From: Halogeometricum borinquense DSM 11551
GTDB lineage: Archaea > Halobacteriota > Halobacteria > Halobacteriales > Haloferacaceae
Direction of reading: 5' to 3'
Assembly (NCBI RefSeq): GCF_000172995.2
Contig: NC_014729.1
Span: forward strand, 2,340,001 to 2,372,000
Length of the DNA stretch: 32,000 nucleotides
The translations under genes were made by a program, and so were the position numbers. The first letter of the stretch is position 1. Every line of letters begins with the position of its first letter. Shown here in pieces: positions 8,019-17,979 of the stretch. The notes below the pieces were generated by a model, which saw only the letters and a program-made list of their open reading frames with translations, ran no database searches and was not told the DNA's origin.

Positions 8019-9248
8019 TTACTCGACGGTCATCCCTTCGACCACCTCGAACTCCTCGTCGCCGTCGAACCGACGCGGGTCGTACGGATCTAACGCAACA
8101 TCGCCGCCGAGCATCATCGCGGCGACTGCTTCTCCCGACGCGGGCGACCACATGAAGCCGTGGCCGTGCCATCCGGTCGCCACGTACACGTCGTCCTCGA
8201 TTTCGCCAAGCAACGGATTCCGGTCCGGTGTCGCCGTACACAGCCCCGCCCACGCCCGCGACACGTCGGCGTCGTATCCGGCCCGGTTGTCGAGTACGCC
8301 GGTCACATCTTCGACGAACCAGTCGTCGCCGTCGCGGTCCCAGCGGTCGGGGTCAGCTTCGACTTCTTCGGTTCCGTCCCCCGCGAGAAGGCCTTCCGGG
8401 TGCGGGCGGAAGTACGCTCCCTCGGTGGCGTCGTAGCAGATCGGGCCGTCGTACGGCTGATCGCTGACGAGTGCCTGTACGCGATATGGTTTCATGGGGA
8501 TTGAGACGCCCGCATCCGCGAGAACGTGCTTCGTATGCGCTCCCGCCGCCACGAGGACGGCGTCGTAGCGTTCAGTCTCGCCGTCGTCGGAAACGATTTC
8601 GGGCGGATCGGTTCGGATCCCGACTTCCGTCTCAGTCCGAAGGTCAACGCCTGCTTCGCGGACGCGGGGAGCCATCGCTTCGACGTACGAGGCGGGGTCG
8701 GTCCACATCGCGTTGTCGGCGATGACGGCGGTCCCCACGTCGTCAGTGCGGAGCGTCTCACCGAACCGCTCTGTGAGGCCCGCACCGTCAGTCGTGGTCA
8801 CGTCGCGCCCGTGAACTCGCATTCGTTCCGCCGTTTCGGCGATGGCTTCGGCCGTCTTCTCGTCGGACTCGTGCGCAACGGCGACGTGCGGACACGGCGT
8901 GACCGAGAAACCACCAGTGCCGTCGAACTCGCGGAATCGCGCGAGCGCGCGGGCGGCCATCCGGGCGTCCACGTCCTCGGCGTACGCGTCGTAGAGAATA
9001 CCTGACGCACGGCCGGACGACCCTGACCCGACATCGCCGCGTTCGTACACGGTGACCGACGCGCCCGCCTCGGCGAGGTCGAAGGCGGCCGTGAGTCCGA
9101 CCGCACCCGCGCCGACGACGGCGACCCGTCGTCCCGATCCATCAGGAACATCGAACGGGTGTGCGAGTTCATCGTCTTCGTCTTCGACTCCGTCGGTAGC
9201 GGTCGTCGTCGTATTCCCGTGGAGGTCTGACGACTCGTCAGTGGGCAT
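8019..9248 (-). CDS. FAD-dependent oxidoreductase (DAO / glycine-sarcosine oxidase-like)
   Basis: The Rossmann dinucleotide motif is VAVVGAGAVGLTAAFDLAEAGASVTVYER. At 409 aa, with a C-terminal GWHGHGF, it fits the DAO family. Confidence 0.85.
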   Translation of the reverse strand: MPTDESSDLHGNTTTTATDGVEDEDDELAHPFDVPDGSGRRVAVVGAGAVGLTAAFDLAEAGASVTVYERGDVGSGSSGRASGILYDAYAEDVDARMAARALARFREFDGTGGFSVTPCPHVAVAHESDEKTAEAIAETAERMRVHGRDVTTTDGAGLTERFGETLRTDDVGTAVIADNAMWTDPASYVEAMAPRVREAGVDLRTETEVGIRTDPPEIVSDDGETERYDAVLVAAGAHTKHVLADAGVSIPMKPYRVQALVSDQPYDGPICYDATEGAYFRPHPEGLLAGDGTEEVEADPDRWDRDGDDWFVEDVTGVLDNRAGYDADVSRAWAGLCTATPDRNPLLGEIEDDVYVATGWHGHGFMWSPASGEAVAAMMLGGDVALDPYDPRRFDGDEEFEVVEGMTVE

Positions 9249-9317
9249 ACGCGTCGCTCGTCGGGACGGTACTTATCCTTCAGTGAGGAGGAAAGTGAGG
9301 CGGAGAAGTCGCGGACG

Positions 9318-10100
9318 CTACTCCACGAACTCCTCGACGCCACGGGCCGGGTAGCCGACGATCACGTCGGCACCCGCCTCCTTCAACGTAGAGACCTGTT
9401 CGCGGACGCGTTCGACGCTCCCGACGAGCGCGTAATCTCGGACGGCCGCACCCAGCACGTCGCGGGCGCGGTCCGCAGCGTTCGAGTCAGTCTCCGCTCC
9501 TTCCGGTAACGCCTTGGCGACCGGGCGGCGGCGGGCGGCGTACGCGCCGACGGCATCGAGGATTTCGTCTTCGTCGTCGGAGAGGACGGTCGGTGCGTAG
9601 ACGGCGATTTCGCCGTCGTATCCGGTCGCGCGAAGTGCGCGGAGGTTCGATTCAGTGCGCCGCGAGAGCAATTCGTACTGTGTCCCGCCGACGGCGAGCG
9701 CGACACGTTCGATACCTTCGGTGCCGACCCACGCATCGGGGGCGCGTTCGATGCCAGCGGCGAGGCGCGGCGAGACGGCGCGTCCGGCCTCCGACTCAGT
9801 GAGGTAGGCGGCGTGACCCGCTACGAGAACGCGTCGGACGCCCTCGGGAATCCACTCCCACAACTCGTCGTCGCCGGTCGGGTCGAATCCGTCGGCGCGG
9901 ACGGGCGTCGTGAGTCGTACCTCCCGGTCGTCAGCGAGTTCGCGGAGTACGTCTGCGTCCGGAAGGTACTCGCGACCCTCGTAGTCGATAGCGACAGTGT
10001 CGAACGGCGTCTCGAGAGCCATCCGAACGTCGCACTCTTTCGGCTTCAGGGCTACCGCATCGATACCCGTCTGCGAGACGCTACGCTCACCGGTCAGCAT
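9318..10100 (-). CDS. conserved hypothetical acidic protein (C-terminal segment resembles the luciferase-like/LLM tail)
   Basis: The ORF has haloarchaeal acidic composition. The C-terminal YALVGSVERVREQVSTLKEAGADVIVGYP resembles LLM-class enzyme ends. An alternative start exists at ATG 10022 (MALETPFD). Confidence 0.55.
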   Translation of the reverse strand: MLTGERSVSQTGIDAVALKPKECDVRMALETPFDTVAIDYEGREYLPDADVLRELADDREVRLTTPVRADGFDPTGDDELWEWIPEGVRRVLVAGHAAYLTESEAGRAVSPRLAAGIERAPDAWVGTEGIERVALAVGGTQYELLSRRTESNLRALRATGYDGEIAVYAPTVLSDDEDEILDAVGAYAARRRPVAKALPEGAETDSNAADRARDVLGAAVRDYALVGSVERVREQVSTLKEAGADVIVGYPARGVEEFVE

Positions 10101-10254
10101 CGTGTATCACCACTCACGGGAAGAGAACTATCGTCGTCGCGGAACGCGATCCATCGTCTGTGCGACCATGTAAACTGCTTTGCCTACCGCGGGATAAACT
10201 CGTCGTTCAACGGCACTTCTTGCGACGGGTGGAGTCAAAAGGACGGCTCGACCG

Positions 10255-10854
10255 TCACAGCGGCAGTTCGGCATCCGGATCAACTACTCTGTCGGGTTCG
10301 GGCGGTGCGCGCCAGTCGGTAGTGAGTTCGAGCAGTTGCACGAGCATTCGACCCGTCGCCCCCCAGACGGTGTAGCCATCGACGTGGAAGAAGTGGAGTC
10401 GTCGTTTCCCGTAGTGAGGATGCATCCGCTCTTCGGACTCGTAGTTGTCGAGGTTGGTGAGGTCGGACACCGCCAAGACGGCTATCTCCGCAACTTCGCG
10501 CTCGTCGGGTTCGTACTCTCTGTCCGGGACCCGCGCGACGAACGGCGTCACCGAATAGTCGGTGACTGTTTTGATGTCGTCGAGACATCCGAAGAACTCG
10601 ACCTCGTTGCTCCGGAGTCCAATCTCTTCGTACGCCTCGCGGAGAGCAGTCGCGCGCAGGTCTCCGTCGCTGGGTTCGCGGGACCCGCCGGGAAAACTCA
10701 TCTGCCCGGGGTGTTCACCGAGATGGTCCGCGCGCTTCGTAAAGAGGACATGGTCCTCGCCCCGACGGGTGAGAACGGGCGCGATGACCGCCGCTTGCCG
10801 ACCAGCATCTGTCAGCGTTTCGGCGTCACACGACGATACCCGCGAGAGATCCAT
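10255..10854 (-). CDS. NUDIX hydrolase, CoA pyrophosphatase-like
   Basis: The Nudix box is GGSREPSDGDLRATALREAYEEIGL (Gx5Ex7REUxEExGU). The preceding LFTKRADHLGEHPGQMSFPGG is typical of the CoA pyrophosphatase subgroup. Confidence 0.85.
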   Translation of the reverse strand: MDLSRVSSCDAETLTDAGRQAAVIAPVLTRRGEDHVLFTKRADHLGEHPGQMSFPGGSREPSDGDLRATALREAYEEIGLRSNEVEFFGCLDDIKTVTDYSVTPFVARVPDREYEPDEREVAEIAVLAVSDLTNLDNYESEERMHPHYGKRRLHFFHVDGYTVWGATGRMLVQLLELTTDWRAPPEPDRVVDPDAELPL

Positions 10855-10915
10855 ACTAGTTCGAAATGTCGGAGGCGCTTAGACTTAGCTCTCGCGGCAC
10901 GTGTGCGATGTTCGT

Positions 10916-11398
10916 TCACTCATCTAGTTCAGTCTCGAAACGCGACCGAATGTCGCCCACATCCACGTCGCGGGCGGTCCACAGTTCCACGTCGTACGTC
11001 ACGTCGAGGAGCTGTCGAATCCGATTGTCGTCGCCTGCTTCGAGAGCATCATCGGCGTCGGCTCGAAGTCGCGAGAGTGCGGCCTCGGTGACAGCCTCCT
11101 CGTCCGCCGTTCGCTCGTCCACGTCGAGAATGTGCGGCAAGTCCTCGGCGTTCTCTGGGAGTGACGGGAACGCGACGGGTCCGGGGACGACGCGCTCGAC
11201 GCCGTCGCGTTCGTACGTGACGAGGTAGTAGTTCGAGACGGCTTCCTCGACAGCGTCCGCCAGCGCCTCCCGGTCGGTATCTTGCCCCTGCTTGAACGCC
11301 AGTTCGTCGAGCGCGCGTTCGAGTTCAGCGCGCGTGAGTACGCCGAACAGATCAACGACGCCCGCCAACTCGTCGTACAACGCCTCCTTGTCGCTCAC
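10916..11398 (-). CDS. conserved hypothetical acidic protein
   Basis: 160 aa and very acidic. Its GTG start overlaps the stop of the upstream glycosyltransferase (GTGA at 11395-11398), which implies co-translation. Confidence 0.6.
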   Translation of the reverse strand: MSDKEALYDELAGVVDLFGVLTRAELERALDELAFKQGQDTDREALADAVEEAVSNYYLVTYERDGVERVVPGPVAFPSLPENAEDLPHILDVDERTADEEAVTEAALSRLRADADDALEAGDDNRIRQLLDVTYDVELWTARDVDVGDIRSRFETELDE

Positions 11399-12495
11399 GA
11401 CGAGACCTCCTCGGCGTCCGCGACGGCCGCTTCGACCACCTCATCGGGCGATAACGGCGCGTCCGACCACGGCGGAAGCCGTCGGTCTTCACCCGCGGGT
11501 TCGGCCACCGCGTCGGCGTACGCCGCCACCTGTTCTCGTTCGCCTGCGCGGTCGAACTCGAAGTCGTTGAACGCCGCGTCGGCGGCGTACTGATCGACGA
11601 GACGGTCGGCTGCTGTCTGATACCGGTCCGGCAACGTGTCGAAGTCCGGTGCGACGCCGTGGTCAGCGACCGTACGAAACAGCGTCTCGCCGACGGACTC
11701 GCTCATATCCGAGAGGCCTGTCGGCCCGGAGACGGCGCGATGGTCGTGTTCGTACGCGCCGAGGTCAACCTGCGCCGTCCCGTCGAATCCGGCGATGCCG
11801 AATGCGTCGCCGAGAACGCCGACTTCGAGACCCCAGTCGCGCGGGGCGCGAATCGACCGCGCCATCTCGCTCGTCGCGGCGAATTCGCCCGCCAGCGCGT
11901 ACCGGAAGGCATCGAGATACTGCAAGATCGGAGCGTCCGACTCGGAGCGCAGCGCGCGGACGAGCGGGACGTAGAACAGGCGGAACAGGCGGCCGTACAG
12001 GCGTCGGTCCTCGACGCGGGCGTAGTAGCCTTTCGAGAACTCGTAGCCGTTCGCCAGCGGGAACAGCAGACGAGAGACGTACGACCGGTCGTACGTCTTC
12101 GTATCGGCGTCGTGAACCACAACGTACTCTTCCGTCGCGGCGGGGCCGAGCGCCAACCACACGTCGCGTCCCTTCCCTCGTTTATCGTTCAATCCCACCG
12201 AATCGAGCAGATCGGCAACGCGCGGCCCGTCACACCACAGGATGTCGAGAGAAAGGTCGTACTGGGAGAGCCACTCGCAGAACGGACCGACGCGGTCTTT
12301 CGGCGCGCGGAGAGGAACGACGACGCGGGCCGGTTCGACGCGTTCGAGGACCGAGAGGACGCGGTCGGCCGCCAGTCCGGCGTACTCGCGCTCGGTCATC
12401 GGGACGACTACCGCCGTCCGACTCGTCGGGGCGTCGGGAACCGGGTCAGTTAGGTCGTGTAGCGTCGTCACCCGCTCCTGAACGTACTCCATCAA
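11395..12495 (-). CDS. GT2/GT81-like glycosyltransferase (glucosyl-/mannosyl-3-phosphoglycerate synthase-like)
   Basis: 366 aa with AVVVPMTEREYAG, a DxD-type motif (VVVHDADTKTY), FSKGYYAR and RLYGRLFRLFYVPL. This pattern recalls GpgS/MpgS-type retaining glycosyltransferases. Confidence 0.7.
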   Translation of the reverse strand: MMEYVQERVTTLHDLTDPVPDAPTSRTAVVVPMTEREYAGLAADRVLSVLERVEPARVVVPLRAPKDRVGPFCEWLSQYDLSLDILWCDGPRVADLLDSVGLNDKRGKGRDVWLALGPAATEEYVVVHDADTKTYDRSYVSRLLFPLANGYEFSKGYYARVEDRRLYGRLFRLFYVPLVRALRSESDAPILQYLDAFRYALAGEFAATSEMARSIRAPRDWGLEVGVLGDAFGIAGFDGTAQVDLGAYEHDHRAVSGPTGLSDMSESVGETLFRTVADHGVAPDFDTLPDRYQTAADRLVDQYAADAAFNDFEFDRAGEREQVAAYADAVAEPAGEDRRLPPWSDAPLSPDEVVEAAVADAEEVSS

Positions 12496-12546
12496 ACGGA
12501 GATGAGGACGGATGAAAGAAAAACGCGGCGAGTCGGGCGATACAAT

Positions 12547-13794
12547 CTACTGCGGCAGGCGGCCACCGCGTTGGAGGAGCAGTAACGTCGTGACGATGAC
12601 AGCGAGACCGAGAGCGAGCCCGGTGAAGATCGCGTCATAGGAGAGTCCGCCCGCCGGAAGAATGCCAACGAACGGAACTACGGCGGTAGCAGCGCGGATA
12701 AATTCGTACGTACCGCCACCCTCGCGGAGAGCACCGACGACGGACGACCCCGAGGCCTGAACGACCATCATCCCCGCGGAGTAGACGGCGTAGGCGCTCG
12801 CGCGGTTCTCGTCCGGAAGCGTGTCGAGCAGATAGGTATCGAGAGCCGGAAACAGACTGTGGATGACGTAACCGATGAGGGCGGTCAGGACGAGAAGCGG
12901 GATAAGCCCACGCGTGACTGTCAGCGCGAGGACGCCGATGACGAAAGCGACGAGAATCGAGAGGAGATATGGAACGCGCGGGAGTCGGTCGGCGAGTTTG
13001 CCAGAGATGAAAAACGCCGGGACGCCCGCGGCGAAGATGAGCGTCAGCATGTTCTTCGCCGTGGCGTCAGCGATATTCTTCGTCTGCATGTACAGTTCGT
13101 AGAAATTAAACAGACCCTGCCAGACGAACCCGGTGAAACCCAGAATGACGATACCGAGGGCGATGATGCGCCACTGGTTCAGCGCCGCACGGAGTAGGTT
13201 TCTGTCTTCACCGCCCGCTTCGGGAAGGTTGGTCCGCTTTGCGGTGTAGTAGAACACGACGGTCGCGACGAACGCGGCGATGCCGAGACAGACGAACACA
13301 ACGTACCACTCGACGAACAAGGTGAGCGCGAGTGTGACAAACGGGGCGGCGATGACGGCGGCGAGTTGACTTGCCATTCCGTGAATCCCCATCGCCCGGC
13401 CGACGCGTTCGGGGTAGAGTTCGCTCACGAGAGGGTTTGCGGCGACGAAATACGCACCCGAGGAAAGCCCCATCAGAAGGGCACCGACGGCGACCATGGC
13501 GACGGAGTCCGCGGCGGCGGTGAACGCCGAGGCGGCGGTCAGAATCACGCCTGTCCCGAGGACGACGCGGTGGCGGGGGACGCGCGTGAGGACCCATCCG
13601 GTCGGGATGCGCGGGAGCGCGCTGCCGACCCAGACGAGCGTAACGATGAGGCCTGCTGTCCCCTCTCCGATAGAGAAGACGGAGATGAGTTGCTCTAGGA
13701 GCGGGGCGAAGACAATCCGCGCGAGGTTGACGAGCAACACCATCGAGCAGAGCGTTCCGAACAGCCGGCCTCGTGACACAGCCGTGGATTCCAA
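12547..13794 (-). CDS. MFS transporter
   Basis: 415 aa with about 12 hydrophobic segments and a loop 2-3 type motif (GWVLTRVPRHRVV). Confidence 0.85.
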   Translation of the reverse strand: MESTAVSRGRLFGTLCSMVLLVNLARIVFAPLLEQLISVFSIGEGTAGLIVTLVWVGSALPRIPTGWVLTRVPRHRVVLGTGVILTAASAFTAAADSVAMVAVGALLMGLSSGAYFVAANPLVSELYPERVGRAMGIHGMASQLAAVIAAPFVTLALTLFVEWYVVFVCLGIAAFVATVVFYYTAKRTNLPEAGGEDRNLLRAALNQWRIIALGIVILGFTGFVWQGLFNFYELYMQTKNIADATAKNMLTLIFAAGVPAFFISGKLADRLPRVPYLLSILVAFVIGVLALTVTRGLIPLLVLTALIGYVIHSLFPALDTYLLDTLPDENRASAYAVYSAGMMVVQASGSSVVGALREGGGTYEFIRAATAVVPFVGILPAGGLSYDAIFTGLALGLAVIVTTLLLLQRGGRLPQ

Positions 13795-13932
13795 CCCCGG
13801 TACTTCAAGGGTTCCGGAACGCCGTTACGGCGCGTCTTGCCGTCTCTGACGGTCGAACAGACGACGCTTTGTATCAACTGTGATAGTTTGTACCGCGGGT
13901 TTTTACGCGTTCCTCACAAAGTTGGGAGCAGC

Positions 13933-14103
13933 ATGAAAACGACGCGGAAGGGGATGCGAGAGGGAGAACTGGAGAAAGATACGTACGACAGATTAACCTG
14001 CGCCGAGTGCGGGGAATCGCTCAAGAAGCGGAACGACCCGGACGAGGTGTTCTCAGTGCGTATCTGTCCGACGTGCGAAACCGAGTGGAAAGAACTCAGA
14101 TAG
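13933..14103 (+). CDS. small zinc-ribbon protein (CxxC ... CxxC)
   Basis: MKTTRKGMREGELEKDTYDRLTCAECGESLKKRNDPDEVFSVRICPTCETEWKELR (56 aa). The TATA-like GGTTTTTAC lies about 26 nt upstream of ATG 13933. Confidence 0.5.
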   Translation: MKTTRKGMREGELEKDTYDRLTCAECGESLKKRNDPDEVFSVRICPTCETEWKELR

Positions 14104-15198
14104 TTACTCGAAGACGGCGTCGAAGGCGCGCGCACCGAGCGGTTCGAACGTTCCGGCGGCGACGTTCTCTGCGACGTGTTCGGGCGAGCCGGTACCGACG
14201 AGCGCACACGTCACACCCGGTGCGCTTCGAGCGAAGTTGAGTGCCCGTTGGGCGGCGGTTTCACCGGAGAGCTGTTCGTCCACCGCCTCCGGAATCGACG
14301 CCGCAAGGTCTCCTTGCGCGAGACTGGCGCTTGCGAACACGTCGAGTCCGGCTTCTTGCGCGTACCAGAGCGCGCTCACGTCTTTGTCTTCTTCGGGGTG
14401 CCGATGTGCCTCAACGGTGAACGCATCGGCCATCTGGACGTTGAACGGCAGTTGCACCGCCGCGAGGCCGCAGTCGTCCGCACCCGCCGCGTCAGCAGCG
14501 CGTTCGGCGCGAGTAAGGACTTCCGGAAGCGAGAGATAGCTCTGGTGGTCACGCGGAACACGGAATGCTTTCCACGTGGCGACGCCGTAGACGCCTAACT
14601 CTCCCGCAAGTCGCCGTTCTTCGAGTACCTCGAACGCCGCCTCCAACTGGTCGTACACGTCCTCACGCGAACGGACGGCTAACTGCGTCTCGGGGTTGTG
14701 AACGTAGTAACAGTCCACGGTGTCCAGACCGAGATTATCGAGTGACCGGTCGAACAGCGCATCCAGATAGCCGGGCGCGATGGCGTGGCTTCCGCGGGCC
14801 AGTTCCGCGCCGTCCACGATTCCCGTCCGGACGAACTCGTCGCGGACGTACGCACCGGGATCCTCGGGACGCGATCCGTCGAACGGGACGAATCCGCCTT
14901 TTGTGGCGACGACAACTTCCTCCCGAGCGATGTCCGCCTCGCGGAGGGCCTCGCCGACGACCCGCTCGCTCCGTTGACAGCGGTAGTTGATGGCCGTATC
15001 AACGAGGTTGACGCCTGATTCGAGCGCCGCCGTCAGCGCCTCCCGATACCGAGCGTCGGCGGCGTCCGTCGGGTCCCCGAGATACGTTCCGATCCCGATA
15101 CTCGACACGACACCCGGGCCGAACCGTCGGAAGAACGTCCGCGCGAAGGCGTCACCGAACTCGTCGCGGTAGCCCCACGTTCCGCGTTTAGTCGCCAT
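14104..15198 (-). CDS. aldo/keto reductase
   Basis: 364 aa with LGTYLG, GVNLVDTAINY, ATKGG and YYVHNPE, which are typical AKR motifs. Confidence 0.9.
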   Translation of the reverse strand: MATKRGTWGYRDEFGDAFARTFFRRFGPGVVSSIGIGTYLGDPTDAADARYREALTAALESGVNLVDTAINYRCQRSERVVGEALREADIAREEVVVATKGGFVPFDGSRPEDPGAYVRDEFVRTGIVDGAELARGSHAIAPGYLDALFDRSLDNLGLDTVDCYYVHNPETQLAVRSREDVYDQLEAAFEVLEERRLAGELGVYGVATWKAFRVPRDHQSYLSLPEVLTRAERAADAAGADDCGLAAVQLPFNVQMADAFTVEAHRHPEEDKDVSALWYAQEAGLDVFASASLAQGDLAASIPEAVDEQLSGETAAQRALNFARSAPGVTCALVGTGSPEHVAENVAAGTFEPLGARAFDAVFE

Positions 15199-15266
15199 GC
15201 GAACTCGTAGGACACGATGGCGTAAACGCGCTCCGACTTCCGCGGTATCGCCGCGTCGTCGGATCG

Positions 15267-16460
15267 CTACACGTCGCCGGACATTGCCTCGAACAGTCGC
15301 TCACAGAGCGTGTCGCGGGTGAGCGCGTCGCCACCGTCGGTGACGATACCTCCCTCTCGTTGGGGGACCTGACCGCCGCCCATGCGGGCGTGACCGCCCG
15401 CGGATGCGCCGGGAACGTTGTCGAGCGCGTGTCCTAACGTGCGCCCCATGTGAACTCTGTCGTCGCGCGACCGGCCCGAAAGATAGAGTGTTCCGTCGCG
15501 TTCGCCGCAGACAACCACGGCCGTGACGCCCTCCAACTGGATGAGTTCGTCTGCCGCCTGCGGGATGGCATCGACGTTCGAGAGCGTTCCGATATCGCTG
15601 ACGGCAAACGGTCCGCGAACGTCGCGTCCGGCAATCGCGCGGGCTTTCAGTTCCAAGACCTCTTTCGACACTTCGGGGTTGGCGATCCGGTCGAGGATGT
15701 CCTCGTTGACGCCGGGATACAGATAGCCCGCGGCGGTGAAGTCGGCCTCTGAACACCCAGCAGTGAGCCGTTTGGTGTCAGTGAGAATCCCGTAAAGGAG
15801 ACCGGTGGCAATAGTCGATGGAACCGTGTACTCCGACCCGACTTCGCTCGCGTGGCGGTCCGGTGGCACCGGTTTCGCACCGATGTCACGAAAGTACTCA
15901 GCGACGATACTCGCACACGCGCCGTAATCTGTCCGTACGTCGGTGAAACGTTCGCCCGTCCCCTCACCGGGATGGTGATCGACGATGGCAAACGGGAGAA
16001 TACCGTCCGCGCCCGCGAATCCGCGCGGCTGGTTGTGGTCTACGAGAACGACGTGTTCGGCCGCAAGATCCGTCACGTGGTCAATCGCGTCCAAATCGAG
16101 ATCTAACACCGTCTCGAACGCGCGGTTTTCTTGATGGCGTATCTGCCCGGAGTATTGGATGTACGAATCGGTTCCGACCTGTTCTGCGAGGCAGGCGACG
16201 CCGATAGCGGCCGCCATCGCGTCCGGATCGGGATTGGGGTGCATCAACACCGCAACCTCGTCTAACTCCGAAAGGCGCTCCAGAAAGCGCGTCCCCATCG
16301 GACGCTTGAATCGCAGGACGACATACAGACCCCCAACTAATGCTACCGTTCCAACGATGAGTGCCGCGACTAGCTCCGGGTGTGTCCCGAAAACGGACTC
16401 GGCTCCGCCAACCACCTGCGCGGCAACGTCCACCGCGTGGGTGGTTCCCCTCGAATCCAT
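15267..16460 (-). CDS. DHH-family phosphoesterase (NrnA-like) with N-terminal membrane anchor
   Basis: DHH motifs are present (HPNPDPDAMAAA, VVLVDHNQP, AIVDHHPG) with a GGH in the DHHA1-like C-terminus (GGHARMGGG). The N-terminal TM segment is LVAALIVGTVALVGGLYVVL. Confidence 0.85.
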   Translation of the reverse strand: MDSRGTTHAVDVAAQVVGGAESVFGTHPELVAALIVGTVALVGGLYVVLRFKRPMGTRFLERLSELDEVAVLMHPNPDPDAMAAAIGVACLAEQVGTDSYIQYSGQIRHQENRAFETVLDLDLDAIDHVTDLAAEHVVLVDHNQPRGFAGADGILPFAIVDHHPGEGTGERFTDVRTDYGACASIVAEYFRDIGAKPVPPDRHASEVGSEYTVPSTIATGLLYGILTDTKRLTAGCSEADFTAAGYLYPGVNEDILDRIANPEVSKEVLELKARAIAGRDVRGPFAVSDIGTLSNVDAIPQAADELIQLEGVTAVVVCGERDGTLYLSGRSRDDRVHMGRTLGHALDNVPGASAGGHARMGGGQVPQREGGIVTDGGDALTRDTLCERLFEAMSGDV

Positions 16461-16541
16461 ACTCTGAGGTCCAGAGCCACACGTATGAATATTCCTTCGT
16501 TTTGACGCCGCTTATACGACAGTATTCGTCGTCCAGTTGAC

Positions 16542-17468
16542 TTACTCGGCGTCGGATGTCGCATCCGAGTCGTCCGCCGACTCACGGAAAGCGTCGATAG
16601 CCGCGCGGTACCCCGTTCGGTACGTCGGATACGCAAACTCGTAGCCGAGTTCACGCAGTCGGTCGTTCGAACACCGCTTGCTCGTCAGAATGCGCCGACG
16701 AGCGGCCTCCGAAAGGTCCGGGTCGTCCAGTCGTTCCTCCTTGGTCCGTTTTGGCGGATGCGAGACGCCGCACTCGTCGGCCAGCCAGTCCGCGAACGAC
16801 CATTTGTCCACGGGTTCGTCGTCTACAACCAGAACCACGTCGTCGCGGGCGGCGTCGGCTTCGAGAAGGAATCGGACGGCACCGGCGGCATCGTCGCGGT
16901 GGACCATGTTGAGATAGCCCTCCGTGACGGGACCGGTAAGATATCTGTCGAGTCGGTACCGGTCCGGGCCGTACAGACCGGCAAACCGTGCGACTGTTCC
17001 GTCGATACCCGCCGCTGACGCGTCTTCGACGGCAACCCGCTCGGCTTCAGCGAGAACGCGCGTCTTGTCAGTCGTCGGGTCAAGCGACGTCTCCTCGTCT
17101 ACCCAGCCGCCGCCGTGATCGCCGTAGACGCCCGTCGAGGAGGTGTACACGAGTCGGTCAGGTTGCGACGCTCGTCCGCCATACTCGTCGATGACGTTCT
17201 GAAGTCCTTCGACGTAGACGCGCCGAGCGGCCTCGGCACCGCGCCCGCCGGAACTAGCAGCGAACACCAGCCAATCGGCGTCCGGAAGCGGCGCGAGAGA
17301 ATCGGGATCGGTCACGTCCGCACGAGCGGGCGAGAACCCAGCGGATTCGACCGCCGCGAGGCCGTCATCGGAGCGACGGACGCCCGTTACGTCGTGACCG
17401 CTCTCGGCCAACTGACGGCCGAGTTCGAGACCGACGTAGCCGCATCCGAGTACGAGTGCGTGAGCCAT
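16542..17468 (-). CDS. NAD(P)-binding SDR / NAD-dependent epimerase-dehydratase family protein
   Basis: The N-terminal Rossmann motif is ALVLGCGYVGLELGRQL, with YTSSTGVYG further in. The protein is 308 aa. Confidence 0.85.
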   Translation of the reverse strand: MAHALVLGCGYVGLELGRQLAESGHDVTGVRRSDDGLAAVESAGFSPARADVTDPDSLAPLPDADWLVFAASSGGRGAEAARRVYVEGLQNVIDEYGGRASQPDRLVYTSSTGVYGDHGGGWVDEETSLDPTTDKTRVLAEAERVAVEDASAAGIDGTVARFAGLYGPDRYRLDRYLTGPVTEGYLNMVHRDDAAGAVRFLLEADAARDDVVLVVDDEPVDKWSFADWLADECGVSHPPKRTKEERLDDPDLSEAARRRILTSKRCSNDRLRELGYEFAYPTYRTGYRAAIDAFRESADDSDATSDAE

Positions 17469-17900
17469 CTATCGGTCGTTTCGCTCGGCGATGTAGCCGT
17501 GGATGGCTGCCAGTTGTTCGAGCGTCATCGACGTTCGACCCTCAAGGGCCTGCTGTACCTCCTGTCCGGAGAGGTCCAACGTCACGTTCGAGGCGATGGT
17601 GTCCACGTCAAGCACGCCCGTCGTCATCCCCATCAGGAGGTGATCGCGGAGTTCGAGGACGATAGCTTCGCTGTCGGGGTAGTCGTCGGAAAGTGCCAAC
17701 AGAGCCGCTGCATCCTCGACGTGCATCTCGGGGACTGCACCGTCCGCGAGGGCGGCAACCTGCGCTTCGTCTACGCCGGATTCAGCCGCCGCCGCTTCGA
17801 CGCCAACATCGTCCACGACGGTCCGAATCTGCGTTTCGTACGCCTCCCGCAACTCGGTCGTCGATAGCGCTGCTGGGTCGTCGGCCGCGTCGTAGAGCAT
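17469..17900 (-). CDS. conserved hypothetical acidic protein
   Basis: I place the start at ATG 17898-17900 (MLYDAADDPAALSTTELREAYE...). The upstream part of the track ORF overlaps the 3' end of the 1004-aa gene in another frame and is R/S-rich. Its TAG stop abuts the SDR ATG (TAGATG). Confidence 0.6.
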   Translation of the reverse strand: MLYDAADDPAALSTTELREAYETQIRTVVDDVGVEAAAAESGVDEAQVAALADGAVPEMHVEDAAALLALSDDYPDSEAIVLELRDHLLMGMTTGVLDVDTIASNVTLDLSGQEVQQALEGRTSMTLEQLAAIHGYIAERNDR

Positions 17901-17979
17901 AGACGTACTCACTGCGCCTCGGCCAAAACCGTTTCCTGTTGCGTTCACTCCACACACCGAACACTCCCTCGCCCAGTTC

